A DNA stretch of 64,000 nt, taken from the NCBI RefSeq assembly GCF_964188315.1, contig NC_135667.1:25916001-25980000 (forward strand). Reading direction: 5' to 3'. Source of the stretch: Podarcis muralis (taxonomy: Eukaryota). The position numbers and the translations under genes were made by a program. Below are positions 58,181 to 64,000 of this stretch, in pieces (within the stretch, counting starts at the first letter, position 1; every line of letters begins with the position of its first letter). Below the pieces are notes generated by a model. It made no database searches. It saw only the letters and a program-made list of their open reading frames with translations, and was not told the DNA's origin.

Positions 58181-58963
58181 TGTGGAATAGCGACTCAAGA
58201 CAACGTGCTATGGGATTAAATTGGCCAAAACTTTATTATATTTCAGATGTGGGTAGACCTTGGCTCAGGCATTGGGCGTTCTCCCTCCCCAGTCCCCAGC
58301 CGGGGACCTAGGGAGCATCAGGGTTATCCAGTGTTTGTGTGGGGGATGGGCTGGCTCTGGAGAACATATGTTCAAGCAGAGATAGCTGCCCCCGTTATGC
58401 CACCGCCGCAGGGGAGAGCAATGACGACCTTTCGGCGTACGGTCAAAGCCTCCCTTCAGAAACCCCTTTAACAGGGAACCTTGGTATCGCCGCTGCAAGA
58501 GGAAGATGGGCAAAAGGATTCTGCCCAAGGCCTGATACTGGCAAAGTTGTGACGTTTTGCTACAGGAAATGCGAAACCTGCCAATGCAGGGAAATTCCTT
58601 TCCGGCCCTTTAAAAGCGACCTTGACGTGGCAGCACCCGCATACCTGTGAAGAAAAGTTAACCTGCAAAATAAGACTTAATTGAGGGTGGGTAGGGTAGG
58701 AAAAGCTCTGGAGCCAAGTGAGGATTCCCAGGTAAGATCCTCCCTCTATTGTGTGGGCAGGTAGTCCCTCCTCTACCTGGCCTGGTCTCCTTGGCAACGC
58801 TTCCCCCAGGCGGGATTGGACAACTGACTGAGGTAGGTGGAGACCTCCAGGTATCCCACCTGGGGAAGGCGAAGCCAAGCCTGTGTTGATGGAGCCGCTC
58901 CAGATCCAGGGGCTGCGAGTGTCCACGCAAAGGGCACCCCCCATTTTATGCGGGGAGCGGTCA
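58181..58963 (-). repeat. Unclassified LTR-like repeat (diverged family member)
   Basis: Minus-strand AATAAAGTTTTGGCC near the left end; shares GGGGCC.G.AGGAATTT and CGTCACAACTT with the 27480 copy. The right part matches 13735-13983. Confidence 0.5.
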
Positions 58964-59182
58964 TTCTTCTAGAAAATGCACTGACAATGCCCCTTGCTCC
59001 TAGGATGCTATCATTCATGAAAGCAGGGATGAAGGAGGCCTGGGAGAGTCTTTTAGTCCTCCCAGACCTATGGATCTGATTTAGCCAATATCAGGGGCAG
59101 ATAATTGAAGGAGGAGGAGAATGGCCAGGCAGAGTTCAGCATAGCAGGGATTTACGACTGACATATAAAACTCCTGATGATA

Positions 59183-59350
59183 TGTGGTGTGGTGGTTAGA
59201 GTGTTGGACTAGGACCTGGAAGAAAAGGGTTCAAATCCCTACTTAGTTATGAAGCTCACTGAATCAGGCTCTCAGACAAACTTACCACATATGATTGTTG
59301 TGAAAGTAAAATACAGAGGGGGAAGAACCATGTATACGAGCTTGATGCTT
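59183..59350 (+). mobile_element. tRNA-derived SINE (MIR/Squam-like), degenerate
   Basis: Box A TGGTGTGGTGG and box B GGTTCAAATCC (59228-59238). Confidence 0.65.
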
Positions 59351-59672
59351 GAACAAGCGAAGAATCGACCTCCGCAGCCAATCCTTTAAGAAAATAGCTT
59401 TAATTATAAAGTACAGGCATGAATCCAGCCTAGAGCAGGATAAGGTGCTTCCCATCACTAAAACATACTTATGGAAAAACAAAATGTAGGAGGAAGAGAG
59501 TGATGCAAACATATATAATGGGCGGCAGGATAACAGATACTGGGAAATGTCTTAAGCATGCAGCTTAAGATATTAGACCTCAAAACACTTGGTTTGAAAT
59601 ACAGCTGCATATCCAAAAACTTTCCTAGTGTTGTTGCCGATTTCTGCATATCCTAGCTTGGAACTATATGGA

Positions 59673-59728
<56 letters not shown>
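59673..59728. repeat. (AAT)n microsatellite
   Basis: Direct reading. Confidence 0.95.
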
Positions 59729-59729
<1 letters not shown>

Positions 59730-60206
59730 TTACATTGGTTCTCAGCAATTTGTAATGTTCATCTCAAATAAAATTCATATATTGCAGCATCAAGAATTTA
59801 TCACATCAGTTTTGGACAACTTTTTTTTTCATATGATACCAAAAGCATTTGTTTAACTCTCTCCCCCCCCCCCCACCATGTTAATGCTTACTAGATATTT
59901 AGATGTAAGATTCCAGGGACTGCTGGGCAAGGTTAGTGTCACTCCCAACATTCAGGGGGAAAGAAACCATATAGTCCTAGCTTATTTAAGAACAATCCAC
60001 TTCAACAAAGCTTTTGGCTGATTAACATCTGATGCCCTTTAAAATGTGTTGTGGAATGGAGAAATATTGGTTTGTTATTGTTCTTATTTTTACTGTGTAT
60101 TTTTTGGTTTTTATATTGTAATCTTATGTTTTGAACTGCCATGAGATCTACAGATTAAGGGTGATATAAATAAAAAAAAATACTAATTATTAGTATTTAG
60201 AAAATG

Positions 60207-60424
60207 CAGTAGACCCTTGGCTTACGTTACCCTCGGGTAACGTAACCTTTGGGTAGTGAAAGCGGCAAATCCGGAAGCGTATTTCCGGGTTTTGCCGCTC
60301 GTGCATGCACAGACGTGCTCTACGCACCGCGTGTCTGCACAGAAGCGGTGCCTCCAGTTGTGGAAACTTCAGGATATGGCCGAACCTCTGTAACGGATTC
60401 TGTCCGCAATCAGAGGTACCACTG
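60207..60424. mobile_element. Tc1/mariner-type MITE (CpG-rich) just downstream of the OR stop
   Basis: CAGTAGACCCTTGG...CAGAGGTACCACTG-TA imperfect TIRs. Confidence 0.65.
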
Positions 60425-60486
60425 TATAAGTATTTGGAACTGTCTCAATGTTGAAACATCTACCTACTTAGTTCTTTGCCTTATGC

Positions 60487-61416
60487 TTAACGTCGAGAAG
60501 GTCCATGAACTGTTTTGCTGAGGGCATCCTTGAATTCCTGATTTCTCAAGCAGTAGATGACTGGATTGAAAAGCGGTGTGAGGACTGTGTAGACAACGGA
60601 CACCAGCTTGTTTGAGTTAAAGGAAGTGAGTGCTTTTGGGCGTGCATAGATGAAAAGGGAGGCAGCATAGAAAATGGTGACTACCAGAAGATGTGAGGCA
60701 CAAGTGGAGAAGGCCTTTTGCTTCCCTTTGGCTGAAGGGATGCGAAGTACGGTGGAGATGATGTAGAAGTAAGAGGCAATTGTCACAGAAAGGGGGCCCA
60801 GGAGAATGAGTAAGGCCAATAGGAAGTCAATGAGTTCAGCCAATGACATATCAGTACAGGCCAGGTTGAGAAGTGGAGAAACATCACAGAAGTAGTGGTT
60901 GATGGTGTTGGGTCCGCAGTAGCTCAGCCGTGAGATGAAGAAGACCTTCCCCATGGCAATAAAAAAGCCACTCAACCAGGATCCGGCTGCTAGACGAACA
61001 CAGAGGTCTTGACTCATAATGGCTGGATAGCGCAATGGGTTGCAGATGGCAACATAACGGTCATAGGCCATAACAGCTAAGAGGACACACTCAGTACATG
61101 CCAAAGCCAGGAAGAAGTACAGCTGAGCCATGCAACCTATGAAAGAGATTTCTCTTTTCTCTGCCACAAAGCCAGCAAGCATTTTGGGAACCGTGACTGA
61201 GACATACCAGATCTCCAGGAAAGAAAGATTACTCAGGAAGAGATACATAGGTTTATGAAGATTGATGTTCATCCAGATTAAGGCAATGATCACCACATTC
61301 TCCATTATTGTCAGTGTGTAGATAATTAGGAAAAGCGTAAATAGTGACATCTGCAATTCAGGGTTTCCAGGAAAACCTACTAGGATAAATGTATGTGTCC
61401 TGTTCTCCCATTTCAT
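60487..61416 (-). CDS. Olfactory receptor family 6 (OR6B/6A-like), intact (309 aa from MKWENRT); paralog of 52763-53707
   Basis: [37 protein letters not shown]. Confidence 0.95.
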   Translation of the reverse strand: MKWENRTHTFILVGFPGNPELQMSLFTLFLIIYTLTIMENVVIIALIWMNINLHKPMYLFLSNLSFLEIWYVSVTVPKMLAGFVAEKREISFIGCMAQLYFFLALACTECVLLAVMAYDRYVAICNPLRYPAIMSQDLCVRLAAGSWLSGFFIAMGKVFFISRLSYCGPNTINHYFCDVSPLLNLACTDMSLAELIDFLLALLILLGPLSVTIASYFYIISTVLRIPSAKGKQKAFSTCASHLLVVTIFYAASLFIYARPKALTSFNSNKLVSVVYTVLTPLFNPVIYCLRNQEFKDALSKTVHGPSRR

Positions 61417-62129
61417 CCTCAATAATACGTTGTTGCTGTTTAGAGCTGTAATAATATTCAAAGTTCAGATTTCACAATTTTATAGATACATATTATTCAG
61501 CACCAAATCACATTCAAAATTAATAGATAAATCAGCATCTTGTCATATCATATTTCTTAATCTGCTAAAATCCCATTGTCTATAAAGATTTACCAGACTG
61601 AGTCAGAAAACAATGGCACAGTTCTGCATCTGCAGAGATCCCAACACATATTATAATGCAATAAGGATTATGAGCATGAAAGAAGCCATTGGTTTCTCTG
61701 AAGGTATGGTGATAGTCTTGAACATTTTAACTTCTGAGGGAAGAAAATGCTTGACAGCATGTTCAGAAATAACCCAGATTTTCTGATGTGTGTGAAAGGT
61801 GTTATTCGCTAGAGAAACACCACGCAGGACCTAGGGACCAAAGGATTTATGTGGAGAGAGCTAGAGAGTGAAAAAGCTTAGTGGCACTGGTAAATCATTT
61901 TAGAAGAATGGGATTGTAAGAGACAAGGTACAGCAACATAACCTTCCCTTTTTAAGACCTACAGCTCATCATAGGGGTGTAACTTGGAAGAAGCCATAGC
62001 ACAGTTATAGAACACATGCTCTGTATGCAAAAGTTCCCAGATTCAGTCTCTGGTGCAGGACTCATAAATGATTCCTGCTTCAAATCTTAGAGAGCTGCTA
62101 GTCAGTACTGACAACATTTCACTAGGAGG

Positions 62130-62130
<1 letters not shown>

Positions 62131-62165
<35 letters not shown>
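62131..62165. repeat. (CTTA)n microsatellite
   Basis: Direct reading. Confidence 0.9.
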
Positions 62166-62166
<1 letters not shown>

Positions 62167-64000
62167 TTTGAGACCATCAAAATGGTGTACAATGTGCCAC
62201 ATAGACCTATGTTTCTAAGTAATGTTAGCTTTAGATAAGCAATGATAAATATACCCAGTGGTGCTCTTATTCAGTTTTATGAATTGGGTTCATCCATTTA
62301 ATTACAATGAGTGGATGACATGGGTGACAGATTTCTCTGCCTTTGATTTATTCAGGGGGGGGGGGCGAAAGAGGGGGCACAAATGCTTACACTTTTTCCA
62401 GGGGAGGAGGCAACTCTGATCTGCTTAAAAACATTATAACAAATAATGGAAAAGCAGATCCTTCCTATTACCTTGTTCCTCGTCCACAGTACAGGTGGAA
62501 GTATGCAGAGTGAAAAATGCTCTGTACAGAGTGTAATTCGAGCAAGCCAGTTAGGCAGAAAGCCAGCAACTGCGACCTCTGCCTGGCTGTATAACTGCTG
62601 GGATAGCCAGATACTGAACTAGCTAGATAGGACCTCCCTGGAACACATGTGCAAGCGCGTGTACAAGTGTACACACACACAAACAAACAAAAAAGAGGGA
62701 AGGAAAAATCTGAAAGAACCTCTCAACTTGTCGCAACATATGGCTAACTAAAATGCTGCTTTCTGTACATACTTGAGACAATTTGTGCAATTTTTGCCTC
62801 ATTTCTCTGAAGTTGGAAAAATGTTCTTAAGATAATTCTCCCCATGAAAATGAGATTCAAAGGCATGGGTAGGTGGGAAGACATTTCACAACAGTGGCCT
62901 TGCATTACCAAAATCCCATTTGCTCAGATTTCTAAAATTCTAAAACAAACGTTATACATCAATTATCCACTTTCATGCACATCTCTCTCTTTTTTAAGAA
63001 CAATTCACATAGATTCATCGTGTAAAGTGTTAGCTGATATATAAAAAAGGAGTCATTTGATTGTTCTGCATTGCAAAGATTTGGCATCGTTATTGACAAA
63101 GTTTACTTACATAGCAGTACATCCACAGGATAAATTGTTAGTTTCCACCCCCAAATATATATACGTATATTTGTAAAGGCAAACAATGCGAGTCTTTCTG
63201 TGGTTGTTCCAAAGCTGAAGAGAAGAAAAGTCTCTCTGGGTGTCTTTGCAGGCTTTCAATTACTGGTCTGCTGCATGTGAAGGAAAGATGGGACATAAAG
63301 CATGGAGACTCATGCTAGATGTGTGAGGTAATACTGTTTCTTCCGCAACCCAAGATCAGTCAGTCATAAAATGTTTGGGGAGTTTCCTTGAAGTTCCTCT
63401 GACCCTCTCCTTTTTTTCCTTGTTCCCTCGGGTTATAGCAGCTGGAACATAATCATCAACTCTACTACTGAATCACATGTATTAGCACAGTTCAGCTCAA
63501 ATTTGTCAGTCTTTAATGTTTGAAGTTAACCATTATAGTAGGCATAGTCTATTGATATACTACATTTCCCACAAATACAGCTGTGCTCAAAGTGATTCAC
63601 ATAACAAAAGAATAAATGCAGTAGTAATATTGATAAATAATAAGTATGTAAAAAACACACACAAGTGAGCATAAAGTTTGCCAATATGCCAAGTAAAAAT
63701 ATCCAATAACATCACATCCAAAAGTAGCCGCAAAAGTTCTTCTGGAAATGGCCCCCTTTTGGTTAAATACTGCAATGTGCTTACATGTTTATGAACTTTA
63801 ACCCTTTGCTTTGTGTGCATATTGAAGGGTGAAAGGATGGCGGTTTACCCAAAGCTCTGTGAGTTAGCAATCAAAAGCCATATCAATCAAACCTTGTATT
63901 GTTTCTTGACATCTAAAGCAGCTCTTATTAAATGTTGGTAGAATATCTGCTTACCTGGGGCTCGGGGTGGGGGTGGGCATTTGCTGCACACCATGGCCAT

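Overview
Vertebrate genomic DNA from a squamate reptile, probably a lacertid lizard (inferred from Bov-B, a Sauria-SINE tail, CR1/L2 and TA-flanked Tc1/mariner-type MITEs). The window is an olfactory receptor (OR) cluster with 10 class II OR coding exons: four OR12D-like on +, and OR13-, OR6- and OR11-like genes. One OR is a nonsense pseudogene. One has lost its usual ATG but can be rescued by a predicted upstream coding exon. Two young LTR retrotransposons are present. (1) A Ty3/Gypsy element (1-4157, minus strand, running off the left edge) has an open gag and an open pol, joined by a GGGAAAC -1 frameshift site with an H-type pseudoknot. Its primer-binding site is complementary to its own predicted transcript 5' end, i.e. 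tRNA-independent Tf1/sushi-type self-priming. (2) A complete Ty1/Copia element (46080-51218, plus strand) has LTRs identical by eye, a 5-bp TSD, an intact 1320-aa ORF, a non-canonical TG...GA terminus and an apparently multipartite binding site for the 5' half of tRNA-iMet. The rest is solo LTRs, LINE/SINE fragments, MITEs and microsatellites. All family assignments come from motif recognition by eye; no database searches were run.
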